A stretch of 64,000 bases of DNA from Negaprion brevirostris (GCA_030324005.1 JARDVH010000059.1:64645828-64709827); one strand, 5' to 3'. Numbered from the stretch's first letter, positions 36,940 through 49,665 are shown. Numbers and translations: made by a program. Notes: generated by a model not told the origin, from the sequence alone.

Positions 36940-37930
36940 CAGGCTTTTGTGATTGGAGTCCTGAGACCTGTAGTGTACCAGAGGGGTCGATACCGGGTCC
37001 TTACTGTTTGTTAAATACATTAACGACTTGGATGTGAATGTAGAATTTATAATTAGTAAGTTTGCAGATGATACTAAAATTGGTGGTGTTGTTGATAGTG
37101 AGGAGGACGTCCTTAGGCTACAGACTGATATTGATCTGCTAGTAAATTGGGCAGAGCAGTGGCAAATGGAATTTAATCTCATAAGTGTATGGTGATACAT
37201 TTTGGGAGGTCCAATAAGAGTAGGATTTACACAATGAACGGTAGGTAGATCTTCAGGGAGTATTGAGGAACAAAGGAGCCTTTGTGTACAAGTGCATAGA
37301 CTCCTGATGATGATAGTACAGGTAGATAAGATAGTAAAGAAGACATACAGAATGCTTGCCTTCATCAGCTGGGGCATTGCATTTAGGAGCAGAGAGGTCT
37401 TGTTACAACTTTATCAAACATTAGTTCTGGTTACCATACTATTGGAAAGATGTAATTGCACTGGAGATGGTGCAGAGGAGATTCACAGGATGTTGCCTGG
37501 ATGGAAAGCTTCAGCTATGCAAAGAGATCAGATAGGGTGGAGGTTTTTTCCCTAGAACGGAGGAGGCGGAGGGGGGATCTGATAGAGATATACAAAATTA
37601 TAAGAGGCATAGATAGGCCAGGTGTAAAAATTGTTTTCCCATTGCAGATCTGTCAAAGACCAGAAGGTATAGATTTAAGGTGAGGAATAAATGGTTTAGA
37701 AGGGATCTGAGGAAAGACTTTTTTGCCCAGAGAGTGGTGGAAAATTGGAAGGCACTATCTGAGAAAGTGGTGGAGGCAAGACTTTCACAGCATTTGATGT
37801 TTCATCTGGACGACCACTTAAATAGCCAAGTGTTGGTATATGGGATTAGTATAGATTGGGTATTTGATAGTTGACATGGACATGGAGGGCCAAAGGGACT
37901 GTTTCTGTGCTGCATACTCTATAACGCTAT
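36940..37930 (+). mobile_element. CR1 LINE RT and 3' end
   Basis: YINDLD..ISKFADDTKIGG, WAEQWQMEFN, RRRRGDLIEIYKIIRG. Confidence 0.95.
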
Positions 37931-38599
37931 GACAGAAGGTAGTCACTGGGGACCAAACAGAGGATTCACCAAAAGTTAAATTAATATTTAGGAGAGTANN
38001 NNNNNNNNNNNNNNNNNNNNNNNNNNNNNNNNNNNNNNNNNNNNNNNNNNNNNNNNNNNNNNNNNNNNNNNNNNNNNNNNNNNNNNNNNNNNNNNNNNNN
38101 NNNNNNNNNNNNNNNNNNNNNNNNNNNNNNNNNNNNNNNNNNNNNNNNNNNNNNNNNNNNNNNNNNNNNNNNNNNNNNNNNNNNNNNNNNNNNNNNNNNN
38201 NNNNNNNNNNNNNNNNNNNNNNNNNNNNNNNNNNNNNNNNNNNNNNNNNNNNNNNNNNNNNNNNNNNNNNNNNNNNNNNNNNNNNNNNNNNNNNNNNNNN
38301 NNNNNCCTGGGATATCATGGGGAGGGACAAAAATAAAACAGAATCTAAAAATACATAGTTTGAACAGGAACATCCTCAAACACAACAAACATCCATTATG
38401 TTGAAGGAATCCTCATCCCAGTTCTACGCCTCACGTCGGAGGCAAACCAAAGTTCTACTCCTTATCAGACAAACAAAAACAACTCCATTATTCTCCTGAG
38501 AATTCCACTGGTATCCCACCGGGATTACAATGGGAGGCCCTTGGAATCTCCTGGGAGTTTCAGCTCTCAGAAAGAAAATCACCCGGATGAAAATAACAT

Positions 38600-38880
38600 T
38601 CGTTGTTTAGTAGCAGATTTTGTCAAACCTTTTCATCTTGTACTCATCAGGACAATTACAAGAATACCAGTGTCATGGGGAACAACAACCTTATACTTTA
38701 TACTGTATAAGAGGCTGCTGATTGGTTGGCAAGTGGACTCTGATTGGTGGAGGTGTTGCCATGGAAAATGATGATAACTGACAGTCAACTGCCAAACGTT
38801 GTTTGAAATTTAAACAAGCCATTGCCCTGTGGAAAAACCATGTAATGTTATCACTTATTTTGTTTAGCTGAAACAGGCAC
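38600..38880 (-). mobile_element. Penelope-like terminal repeat (pLTR) with CCAAT/TATA-like motifs and hammerhead
   Basis: Two CCAATCAG motifs, TATAAA, then hammerhead core; homologous to 7745-7960. Confidence 0.8.
38620..38655 (-). ncRNA. Minimal type I hammerhead ribozyme (near-intact)
   Basis: Minus strand reads TTGTC-CTGATGA-GTACAAGAT-GAAA-AGGT-TT-GACAA: stem I TTGTC/GACAA, conserved CUGAUGA and GAAA boxes, short stem II, UH site. Confidence 0.75.
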
Positions 38881-38959
38881 AATGATTAGACAATTTTATG
38901 TTGTTTATTACACAAGATCATGAACAGGTGTAAGGACACTTTTGGTCCTAAAAAGTCTA

Positions 38960-39445
38960 CCTCAAATTACCCGGAAAGAGCAAGAAAACCCAAATATTTG
39001 AACAAGTGGTGAAACTAGATTTTTCACATTATGCAGTAGCAACATGAGTGGTATTTGCCACAAGCAAAATGCTGCTATCGAGCCAAAAATACACTCTGTC
39101 GATCACATAAATGAATAATGTAGTGTATGAATTTCTGTGCCAGTATGATGCCAGGTACATCCCAAAGATTGGCAGATCCTAACAAACAGCATGTTCTTTC
39201 TGCAAGGTACAGACCATACCCAACCAGTCCCAATTGCAAAACTCAAAAGACAATGTCCAACATTAGATGTAATTCTGCAGTTGGACAACATTTACTAAAT
39301 AATCCTCAGCCTGCTAAAAAAATTAAGCTGACAACCAATTTAAGATTGCCAGTCTGACCTGCAATGTGGCATATTTGTGTGTACTGGAAACTACCTATAT
39401 TAATACACAGAGCTCTGCTCTTTGCAGACAGAAAGATGTGCAACT
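38960..39445 (+). mobile_element. Penelope-like element GIY-YIG endonuclease remnant
   Basis: With frameshifts: MNNVVYEFLCQYDARY / TSQRLADPNKQHV / SAVGQHLLNNP / VLETTYINTQSSALCRQK. Confidence 0.85.
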
Positions 39446-39559
39446 ATTAAAAAGTTTTCAGATCTTTTCTAAGTGATCTTTTGTGATCCTGTCGTCACCA
39501 CCTAGTCGGGCTGCTGAAAACCCAGAATTAATGGACAAAGTTGTTCACCCTTGTTGACT

Positions 39560-40440
39560 TTTAAAGGCTCTGTTGTCAAAGATACATTTGGCCCAGCCTG
39601 AAGGAAGCAGTACTGGCAGAGTTTACTCAATGCTGAACTTCGTCATCAATGGCAGTCCCTTGGGAAAGGTAGCTGCCAAGATATGAGAAATACTGCGCAT
39701 AATCCAGACCCAACCCTGCTACATGGATGGTGCAAGAGATGATCATCTAACTTGGAGAAAGCTGGTGGAGGACCTCTGTCTTGGCGAAGTTTAAGAATAG
39801 GCAAAGCCTTTTATAGGAGATATTGAAGAATTCAAGCATCCTTTACATGTCCTTACAGAATGAGCCATCAGCCAGCTGACATCTGCAAACATGAAGGATT
39901 TGGAGGTCAATTGTGGTCAATTTTTGTTTTGCCCAGAAATGATCATAGTTGAAGATCTTCCCATCCAGATAACATTGGATGCTGACACTGGGGAGTAGGT
40001 CATTTTGGACGAGGTGGAGGATGATGGTCAGGTAAATGATGAACAAGGTGGGGAAGACCACACAACCTTGATTAACCGCAGTCCAGATGAGAAAGGAGTC
40101 AGTTTCATATCCTCCGCTCAAGACAATGGGGGTCATGTTGTTGTGCAGGATTCTCAGAATGGTGAGAAACTTCAACAGGAAACCAAAGCATTGAAGGACA
40201 ATCTAAAGACCTTCATGATTTAAAGAATCCAATACCTTGGTTATGTTGATGAAAGCAAGGAACAATCCTTGGTTTTGCTCCCAGCCACAAAGTCCACAGT
40301 ACCCCGGGATGATCGGAAGCCACACTGGGTTTCCTGAAGGATCTCCTCAGTGCCAGAATGAAGGTGGTTCAGGAAGATGCAGGCCACGACCTTACCCAGG
40401 ATGGACAGGGAGGAAAATCCCCCTGTAATTTTATGGGAGG
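39560..40440 (-). mobile_element. RTE-clade LINE RT remnant
   Basis: TDSFLIWTAVNQGCVVFPTLFIIYL resembles the RTE GVKQGCVLAPTLF motif. Confidence 0.8.
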
Positions 40441-40459
40441 NNNNNNNNNNNNNNNNNNA

Positions 40460-40650
40460 ACCAGCATTAGGACCACAATCTGGAAACTTACTTCACTTGT
40501 CACTTATTTCAGCTGGATACCATGCACATCTAAAAACAACAGTAGACTTGCACAAATTTTACTACCCATCCCTGGAGTTAAAAAGGATCTCAAGGGAAAC
40601 ACTCGTTGTATTCTACAGTCTACTCCTCCTAATTAAAAGTTACTGACTTT
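40460..40650 (+). mobile_element. Possible L1/Tx1 ORF2 C-terminal remnant
   Basis: LHKFYYPSLELKRIS resembles LHRxYYTPxxLxK; weak. Confidence 0.3.
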
Positions 40651-42319
40651 GAATGATTTATTAATTTAAATTGTTTCCCAAAAATAAAAGACTTCAAGTA
40701 CTAGACTGTGCTCTAGAAATTCATATGGCATGTGTCAGGTTTACAGAATAACCTGACGCCTGATCCACTACAACAGAGTGGGTTTGCACTCATTCTGCCT
40801 CAGAGATGCAGCACCTGCCACATCGATGAAGGATCCAGCATAAATATCCCGGGTCTGACCATCAAACAGGCAATCAGCCCATTGCATTCACTGATGGGAC
40901 TTTTAACACCTGTTGGGAACCCCCTTTGCAAAAATTCATTAAGGATATATCCTCAGACACTTAGGAGGCAAACCCAGAGTCCCTAAGGGGATCCTTAATG
41001 TTTTATCCATCTCTTTGTAGAGCTGTGAATTCTGCAACTAACACAAAATTAAATTCACAAGATACTGTCATTTGTCCCTCCACAAATCCCCCACACCCTT
41101 CCTCTCAACCCATACACAGTGCTCAGAATATAATATCAGCCAATGTTTGGACTAATCAATCTTTGTCTACCCCTGGAATTGTGAACTGTATGTTTTTAAT
41201 TTCAGGGATTCATTTTAGTAACATCTCTTCAGATTAGAATTGACAGAACAGACAATTATGGTTTGCCAAATAAAGCAATGTGATTTTAAAAAAGTTTAAA
41301 ATGGCCATTTCCATTGATTGTGAGGGACTTCTTCTAGTAATGGTTCCCAAGGTTTCCACTTGGCCATTTTATATGCCAGAGAAAATTCATTCTCAGCCTG
41401 TGAAATGACTTCCTTTATCTGCACACAGTGGATTTTGTCTTCTAGTTTTTGATCATGCTCCGATTTTACCAAGTTAAACCTTTCATTGACGGTCTGCTCA
41501 GTGTACTTGCTATAGACTGCACCCTAAGGGATGGATTGCAGGACAGTAAGAATTCTGGAGTACAAAATTCTCAACATCTGGGCCACAGCAAGACCCACCA
41601 ACCCAAATGTTTTCTTCAGGATCCCAGCCATTGCTGCTGCGGTGAACTGCTTTTTGGACTAGCTGGAGCTAGTCAGTACTAGTGGAGTGAGGATGGTGGA
41701 CTTTTTCCCTTTGATCTTATCACAGACCTGATTCAAACTCTAGGCCTTGTATCTACACCTTTCACTCAAATCTTTTCTGGCTCTCATCTTCAACTATTGA
41801 TGCATTTTTCTTGACTGAGTTATACACGAAACACTGAACTTAAGTAGCACCATCTGTTAATTTCGAGTGAGTTGTCCTCAAAACAGTGACAGCCAGAGTA
41901 ATAGCAATGAATAATTAGATAGGACAGCTCACTATTGCTAGATGAAGCAGTGAGTCAAGTCTAATGTTTGTATTGATTAGTTGTTCGTATCAAATGAACA
42001 AATCCTTTTGCCAATTGATTGAATTGAAGTTTTCCAGGTAGTTTGAACAGTAAATTAATATCTTTCTAACAACAGAACTTTTACATTCAAACAATGCAAT
42101 GAATTGTTACATGGAAATACATATCTTTGAAATTGGTCTCAGAATCTATTAATTTATATCTCCAGGAAGAATAAAGTCAAATCATAATTGCAAAAAACAT
42201 TGAAGAAGTTTAGACTACAAAATAGACAACTTCCTTTGGTGACTTTACATATTATGGACAGAATTGTACTTCTACTCAATGAGTATTGAATAAAAATAAA
42301 GAACACTGCTAAAGCTAGA

Positions 42320-42431
42320 AATAGGAAAGGAGCAGTCATGTCGTTAGGAGTTTTCTATAGGCCCCCAAATAGTGATAGAGATGTGGAGGAAGAAATTGCA
42401 AAGCAGATTATGGATAAGTGTGGAGGTCACA
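42320..42431 (+). mobile_element. CR1 endonuclease fragment (runs into gap)
   Basis: RNRKGAVMSLGVFYRPPNSDRDVEEEIAKQI. Confidence 0.9.
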
Positions 42432-43790
42432 NNNNNNNNNNNNNNNNNNNNNNNNNNNNNNNNNNNNNNNNNNNNNNNNNNNNNNNNNNNNNNNNNNNNN
42501 NNNNNNNNNNNNNNNNNNNNNNNNNNNNNNNNNNNNNNNNNNNNNNNNNNNNNNNNNNNNNNNNNNNNNNNNNNNNNNNNNNNNNNNNNTATGAGTCTTT
42601 CAATGATTAGTGGTCATTTGAATGATCTCTGATTTTGTGAGCACCTTCAGGAGGGACAGAAAGAAATGAGAAATTGAATTTAATTTACATACTCTGCTTC
42701 AAGTATGCACGCAGTGGCACAAAATATAACATAGTCCCCTTATGAATTGATATCTGACAGTGGAACGTAGTTTTATCAGGGAGGAAATGGTCTGACAGGC
42801 CTGTTGCCCTGGTTCAAAGGTCACTTCCTGCTCAGTGTAACAGGCAAAGCATTTTTTTTAAATGTAGGCGCACAGGCTGGTTTGAATTCCTCTGGGGTTC
42901 AAGTGGAAGTGCTTTCTCGAAAAAAAAATAATGGAATGCAAGTAAAACACTAAACCCTTCCTTTCAGTGTTCAAGTGGAGGGATCTCTGGTTAGTTTCGG
43001 TGTATGGGTCTGTTTCTAGCAAAGAGAAACATGGTTTATGTCAGAATCTATTCACTGAGATATTGGGACAAGGCAAGCTGNNNNNNNNNNATTGTGAATT
43101 TTGTGAGGCTTCCCTTGTATCACAAGGCAATTTTTGTTTCCTCTTCTTTGGGACCCTGTCTAGCCGATGGCTGACGATTTACCATTTTTGACCTTGAATC
43201 ATCCCTAAAGCTTTGGAACCCATGACACAAATTTATTACTAAGCCAGCGAGACTTGAAGGACATCACAATATTGAATGTGTACTATAGATCGAAGCAAGA
43301 GCCCTGCAGGAGGGAAGTATTAGAGCTATAATTCAATCACGAAGATCCTACTAGTATGAAGCACTCAGTGAATTATAGTCTTTCACCCCTGCCCAGATAT
43401 TTGTTATTTCCTTTATGACATATAATTTAATCTGATTGCATATTACAAATGGAAATATAGTTGCTGTAACTGCTAGTCACAGTTGTTGATAAGTATGTAT
43501 TTGCAAGCTGAAATGAAAAGGTCTATTATTAATGTATAGGTTCTTTATAATAATTGCTGTAATAGTTTTGTTCATTCAGAATTGAAGTGGATTAATTCAT
43601 TGTTTGCCATGTTACTGAGAATTGGGTCATTGTGATTTGGGCTGAAACAGGTAAAGTTGCTTGTTATACACTTCTGCTGATTTTCATTTGATTGAATCAG
43701 AAGAAATGTGAAACAATCTTGCTCTTTTTTTGCACACATTTGTCTAAATTACACTCCCATGATTCCAGGGAGGTCCAAATTTCCATTCTG

Positions 43791-43987
43791 GGGCTGGAAC
43801 TTCCTGACCATTCACGCCAGTGGGATCTTCCATTCCCACCAATGGTGCATGTCCACCACAGATTTCACAGTGGTGAGGGGTGCATTCAGTGGGAAACTCC
43901 ATTGACAGCAGCAGGACCAGTAGATTCCACCACGAGCTTATGACGGGCCTGCTTCTGCTGTGGCAGGTTGTGTGGTAAATCCTGCCC
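43791..43987. mobile_element. Harbinger-type MITE
   Basis: Imperfect TIR GGGCTGGAA...AATCCTGCCC flanked by CTG on both sides. Confidence 0.7.
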
Positions 43988-44169
43988 CTGATCTATGCTG
44001 CTGTGTGAGAGCAGGAACAATAATGTCAACTTCAGCATCTCGCTTGCTGTTGACCTCTTGAAGTGGGACTTGAACTCAGGACCTTGTGATTTAGGTGCAG
44101 CCCAACTGGGCCACAAGTGAAACCTGCAATCATCTGTGCTATTGGAACAACAGACAGTTTTGTGACCTT

Positions 44170-44465
44170 TTAAGTTTAAGTTTATTTATTAATGTCACAA
44201 GTAGCCTTACATTAACATTGCAATGAAGTTACCATGAATATCCTCTAGTCGCCACACTCCGGCACCTGTTCGGGTACACTGAGGGACAGTGCACCTAGAC
44301 AGCACATCTTTGGACAGTGGGAGGAAACCAGAGCAGCCAGAGGAAACCCAGACACACACGGAGAAAACGTGCAGACTCCACGCAGACAGTGAACAAGCCA
44401 GGAATTGAACCTGGGTCCCTGGTGCTGTGAGGCAGCAGTGCCAACAACTGTGTCACCGTGCCATC
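44170..44465 (-). mobile_element. V-SINE with non-CR1 tail
   Basis: Full reverse-complement homologue of 1692-1988. Confidence 0.9.
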
Positions 44466-44749
44466 CCAAATATGCCTCCTGTTACACCATAACGTGGGTA
44501 GTACCGTTTCCCCGGTCCCTTTGCAGTCCACAAAACCCTAATACTACTGAGGTGACAATGATAGGTAAAATGAGTCTCAGGTCTGGTGAAATTCAGAGGA
44601 AGATGAGTCATTTTTCGTGCAACAGCATCATACCAGTGAAATAATTATGTATTTTTGTGACTGAAATTATCATGTCAAATATTTGCAACAGAATGAGAAA
44701 TGGTTTGCGAAACATCACTTCCATAGTGCAGAGGCTATTTCCTCGGGTG

Positions 44750-44980
44750 GATGTAGCTGTTACTAGGGAGCATAACTATAAGGTTCATGGTGGGAGATAT
44801 AGGAGGGATGTCTGACATAGGTTCTTCACTCAGAGAGTGGTTGGGATGTGGAATGGACTGCCTGCTGTGATAGTGGAAGTCGGGCACTTTAGGAACTTTC
44901 AAGCGGTTATTGGATAGGCACATGGTGTAGACCAGAATGACCGGGAGTGGGATAGCTTGATGTTGGTTTCAAACAAAGCT
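44750..44980 (+). mobile_element. CR1 LINE 3' end
   Basis: FFTQRVVGMWNGLP peptide and TGTTCTATGTTCTA tail. Confidence 0.9.
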
Positions 44981-45317
44981 CAGCACAACATCAAGGGCCG
45001 AAGGACCTGTACTATGCTGTAGTGTTCTATGTTCTATAAAGCCATTGACATGAAGACTCATCAACTCTGTTCACCAATCACAAATTACACTGAAAACATT
45101 TTCTCAACTCATCACTGGAATTGGGCAGCCTAACAACGAGACACCCACAGTTGCTCAAAATGCTTTCTCCAAATTTTGCCAGCCATCACTTTCTCTGAGT
45201 ACTTTCTAAAGCTCTAACCAAACAAAACTGAAGAATCAAAATTGCATGTTTCATAATAACATGATGAAATAAATCCATTAAATTGTTCCTGGTGTCTTTT
45301 CATCGTTCGATTAAAAA

Positions 45318-45700
45318 AGAAGGTAGAAAACGGCTATCAGCATCTCAGGACATCCCAATCTTCTTGACAGATAACTTTTAAGGTGTAGGTACTGCTGTAA
45401 TGTAGGATTCACAGCATCTGGTGTGCACACAGCGCAGCAAGATCCCAGTAACAGCAATGTGATCATAATAGATAATTGGTGATGTTGGTTGAGTGATAAA
45501 TTTTGGCCAGGACACCAGGGAGAAGGTTCTGGTCTTAGTCAAGGGATGAGATGAGATCTTTTATGTCTACCTGAAGGATGACAGATTTAACATCTCTTCT
45601 GAAAGATGACATCCCTGGCACAGCCTAGATTATGTGCACCAGGCCCTGCAGTCATGCTTGAACCCACACCCTTCTAACTCAAAGTCAATAGTGTCATCAG
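45318..45700 (-). mobile_element. DeuSINE (SacSINE1-like) copy
   Basis: AACAGCAATGTGAT..GGTGATGTTGGTTGAGTGATAAATTTTGGCCAGGACACCAGGGAGAA, reverse Deu-domain. Confidence 0.75.
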
Positions 45701-46911
45701 TAAGCTAATCTGAAGCTATCTGTGCTATCCTCAAAAGCCTCCATTCAGGCTCGATACTGATGTTGCAACCTGAATTCAGATTGTGCAGTCTGAGCATGAG
45801 CATTGTATCGAATTTCAAAACATCAGTTTATCCTGTCAGCTGACGTTTTCTTGTCAATTTCTGCTTAAACTTCTAGTTTCTTGTTGTTCGAAGAAATGGT
45901 CTGTGTGGTACTTGACCATACCCTTCTTCAGCAATGTTCTCAGTGATCTTTATATTGAACCCCAGTATATTTAACCACTGAATCATAAAAGCATAGCAAC
46001 AAGCAACGACAACACACGCTAATGTTCCATCAGTAATGGAAACAAATTCCTACCGTTTGTCTTTTTTTTATCTGTTTGTACACAGCTTCATTGGAGCAAA
46101 CAGTGGGGAGTCCTGTCTGTGCTATGGCTCCATGTATGCTCAGGATTTCATATCCTGGGGCAGTGCATTGCTTTTTAGGGCAACAGACGGCTGGCTATCT
46201 GTAAACATTTGACCACTCGTCAAGCTTCATTGCTGCAAACAGGATGACACAAATGAGCCTGAGATCGCTGTTGTGCTTATGGCACAGTGAAAATCTATCA
46301 CATCTTTCTGCAAAATCCAAACTGCCGCAGCAATGAAACGGGAGCAGCACCATAAATAACCTGAATTATAACTGCCTCATGTCCTTACGTTTATATAATT
46401 TCACAACCTGACAGTTGCTTAATACTAACAGTTACTTATTACTAACATTATGATATAATTATTTATATATGTTGTGTACATATTGCAGTAAAAGAGCAGA
46501 TAACATAATTAATGCTAAGGTTTTGTAACATTGTTGAAAAAGGCAGCAAAAATGAACATTTTTACAGTGCACTTTCAGAACTTAAAGAAGATTCACACTC
46601 GTGCGCTCTGCAATGCACAGAGTGTGGAAAATTCATTTTGAAAATCCCAGTGAAAAAAATCAGCGTGCTTTACTCCAGTTTTTATACAAATTTGAAATTT
46701 AGAACGTTTTTGGGAGAATTGCCCCTGTGATCTGTGCAGTTCGAAAAGTGTTTTGCAAAGTTTTATTCTTTCACAGGCTTTCACAACTTCTCTTTAAACC
46801 AGATGACACTCACTGGCATGAACCAATCCATAGGTTTATTTGGTGGCTTTGCTATTTTCATGCTGGTGAACTTTTTGTGTCTTTGGTTCGGGTTGGAGAT
46901 GTTTACAAGAA

Positions 46912-47252
46912 CCATAGAATGTCTATGGTACAGAAAAAGGCTATCCAGTCCATCAAATCTGCCTCAACTCTCCAAAAGAACATCTCACCAGGACCCTCTC
47001 CTCTGCCCTATCCCCGTAACCCTAAACATTTACCATGGCTACCTACCCTCTACATCTTTGGACATTAAGGTGCAATTTATAACAGCCATTCCAGCTAACC
47101 AGCATATCTTTCAGACTGTGGGAGGAAACCAGAGCAGTCCCATGCAGACACGGGGAGAATGTGCAAACTCTACACAGTCACCCAAGGCTGGAATCGGACC
47201 TCGGTCCCTGGGCCTGTGAGGTTACAATGCTAACCAATGTGTCACTGTGCTC
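46912..47252 (-). mobile_element. HE1-like V-SINE
   Basis: Reverse V-domain and CR1-type tail. Confidence 0.85.
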
Positions 47253-47319
47253 CATTGTACAGGGAGATCACTGAGGCTCCCTACTCAGTGAGAGCTACCT
47301 ACATTTCAAAGCTGCAGAG

Positions 47320-47830
47320 CAAGCATGCAGCTTTGCTGAAATGCAGCCATTCCCATGGCACAAGGTGCCATTGACTGCAAACATATTGCACATGAAAACA
47401 CTGCCATTTTCAGAAAGGTAAGGGAATTACTCCATCAACACTCTGTTGGTGTATAAGTACAGACAGCAAATCATCCAGATCATGCCCCAATACCTTGACA
47501 GCTGTCAAGATGCCTCATTCTACACCAGTCCACTGTGGCACTTATGCCACCATGACAAATCTTCAGGTGATTATTGGACAAGCTGGGTGCTGATTCCAGT
47601 GCACAATCAAGCACTGTGCACTGCTGCATATGATGAAAGCTGTGCTGCAACACAAAACGTGGTAAAGAAGATCATTGGAGGACTGAAACAATAATTCCAC
47701 TTACAAGATTGTTCTGGGGGAAGTGGGGGAGGGAAGAGGGGGCCCACAATACTTGACAGACCAGATGTAAGGATTTATTATGATCTGCTACATGCTGGAC
47801 AATCTGATCATCATTAGGGGACAGCCCTTG
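47320..47830 (+). mobile_element. PIF/Harbinger DDE transposase remnant
   Basis: With frameshifts: FPMAQGAIDCKHIA, YSINTLLV, QYLDSCQDA, AYDESCAATQNVVKKIIGGLKQ, MICYMLDNL. Confidence 0.85.
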
Positions 47831-48114
47831 TCACCAGTTGTATTGTGAGCAGCTCAGGAGCAGCAGGAGGGGGAAGAGGAAGTGAGGAGATAACTAGATA
47901 GCCTCTTTCTAGCTGGACTGTCCATGGAGGACTAATTTGAGTGCAATGCCAGTAACCACTACCCCAGTTCCCCATTCACCAACAGTCCCAAAGCGTACAT
48001 TCGTTCTGTAATTATCACAGCATCCTCTTGGACTTCCACAACAAGAGTCACCAGAAAACAAACATTCCAAGCCAAATGTCGTATTGCATACCAAAAACAA
48101 TAATCAATCAGTTA

Positions 48115-48190
48115 CATAAGAAATAGGAGCAGGAGTAGGCCATCCAGCCCTTCGAGCCTGCCCCACCATTCAATAAGATCATGGCTGATC
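48115..48190 (-). mobile_element. CR1 3' tail
   Basis: Nearly identical to 26765-26840. Confidence 0.9.
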
Positions 48191-49544
48191 NNNNNNNNNN
48201 NNNNNNNNNNNNNNNNNNNNNNNNNNNNNNNNNNNNCTGCCACGTCTCTTCCCAGGAATATCAATCTCAAAGAAGTTCTGCTCTTCTCTCCAACAGGGTT
48301 TCAGTTTGTCTCTTTACTCTGTTCACTTCCATTGCTTTCCCATTTCCCTCCTGATGTTTGAATAGGTGCCGACCAAGCTGCTTTCGCAGCCACATTCCCT
48401 TCCTCACTGACAGTTTCCGCTTCTAACTTTTCCATGTGGTGTCCAACTGAATGTCCATCCTTCATGTCCTGCTCTGACATCACACCAGCGTGGAAGTGTT
48501 ACGTGGGGGGGGGTATGATTCCTTCGTATTGACCCAATGTTGATACATTAATGTATTATAATAACATTCCTGACATTGAACAGTGAGAAATGTAGCCCAC
48601 CATGGATCGGGGAAAGGGGGGATCGTATCCTGCCTTTACGATGATGTGAAACATGACTAGGGCCTTCTTATGATATTTTCCACTCTCACTGTCAAATGCC
48701 TCCCACCCCAAATGGGAACAGAAAATCCTGGCCATTTTCTCCGCTCCTCTCTCCATAATGCTGCCAGACCTGCTGAGCATTGCCTTCACTTCCTATTTTT
48801 ATTTCAATAGTCACCTTCCACCCTCCAAGTGCCTTGGCCTAGCCAAAGACTTCAACACAGTGTGACTGCAGTTGTTGCAGCACAGCTGGTGGAAGGACGC
48901 TGACTTTCAGTGCCCTATTTTACCATTTTGATTCTAAGTGCTGGGTGGACTTGAAAAACAGGGAGTGTTTCAGGTCCGACTTTTAGACCCATTCCTAAGC
49001 ACTCTGCCTGAAAAAATATCAGCAATTCTGAAATGCACTGCATAAGCCTGTGGGCGGTGCTTAAAGCATCCAAAATTCTGTAACTCCGAATGGCGCCTCC
49101 AACTGCACATGTGCAGAAAAAAAAGATAGAATACTGCTCCCCTGCCACATTGCTCCCAGGCCAGATAATGCCCCCCTGTGGCCCCCACAGACATTGCCCA
49201 CCCCCACAACATTACAACCCCCCTTATACCACCACANNNNNNNNNNNNNNNNNNNNNNNNNNNNNNNNNNNNNNNNNNNNNNNNNNNNNNNNNNNNNNNN
49301 NNNNNNNNNNNNNNNNNNNNNNNNNNNNNNNNNNNNNNNNNNNNNNNNNNNNNNNNCGGGTGGGACACGGACCATGCAAAGGTCTGTTGACCTTGGGCAG
49401 AATCTTCCAGCTTTGGGCCAAAGATGACCAGAAAATCCCAGCATGTGCATCCTGTGAGATTTGTATGGAAGGTGTGCAACAGTATTGTTAAGTATGTGAG
49501 AATGTGGTAAAGTCAGCTGTGAGCCCTGATTACAATAAATTAAA

Positions 49545-49665
49545 TAAAAGCAAATTACTGTAAGTGCTGGAATCTGAAAAAAAACAGAAATCTCTGCAAG
49601 TCTGACAGCATCTGTGGAGAGAGAAAAGAGCCAATGTTTTGAGTCTGGATGTCCTTTCATCAATG
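49545..49665 (-). mobile_element. Penelope-like terminal repeat with a degenerate hammerhead
   Basis: Minus TGATGAAAGGACATCCAGACTCAAAAC..CTCTCTCCACAGATGCTGTCAGAC; related pieces at ~9560-9630, 48745-48810 and 63335-63395. Confidence 0.6.

Noticed and set aside
47320-47830. Domesticated HARBI1 gene
   Set aside because: Multiple stops, frameshifts and deletions indicate a dead transposase copy
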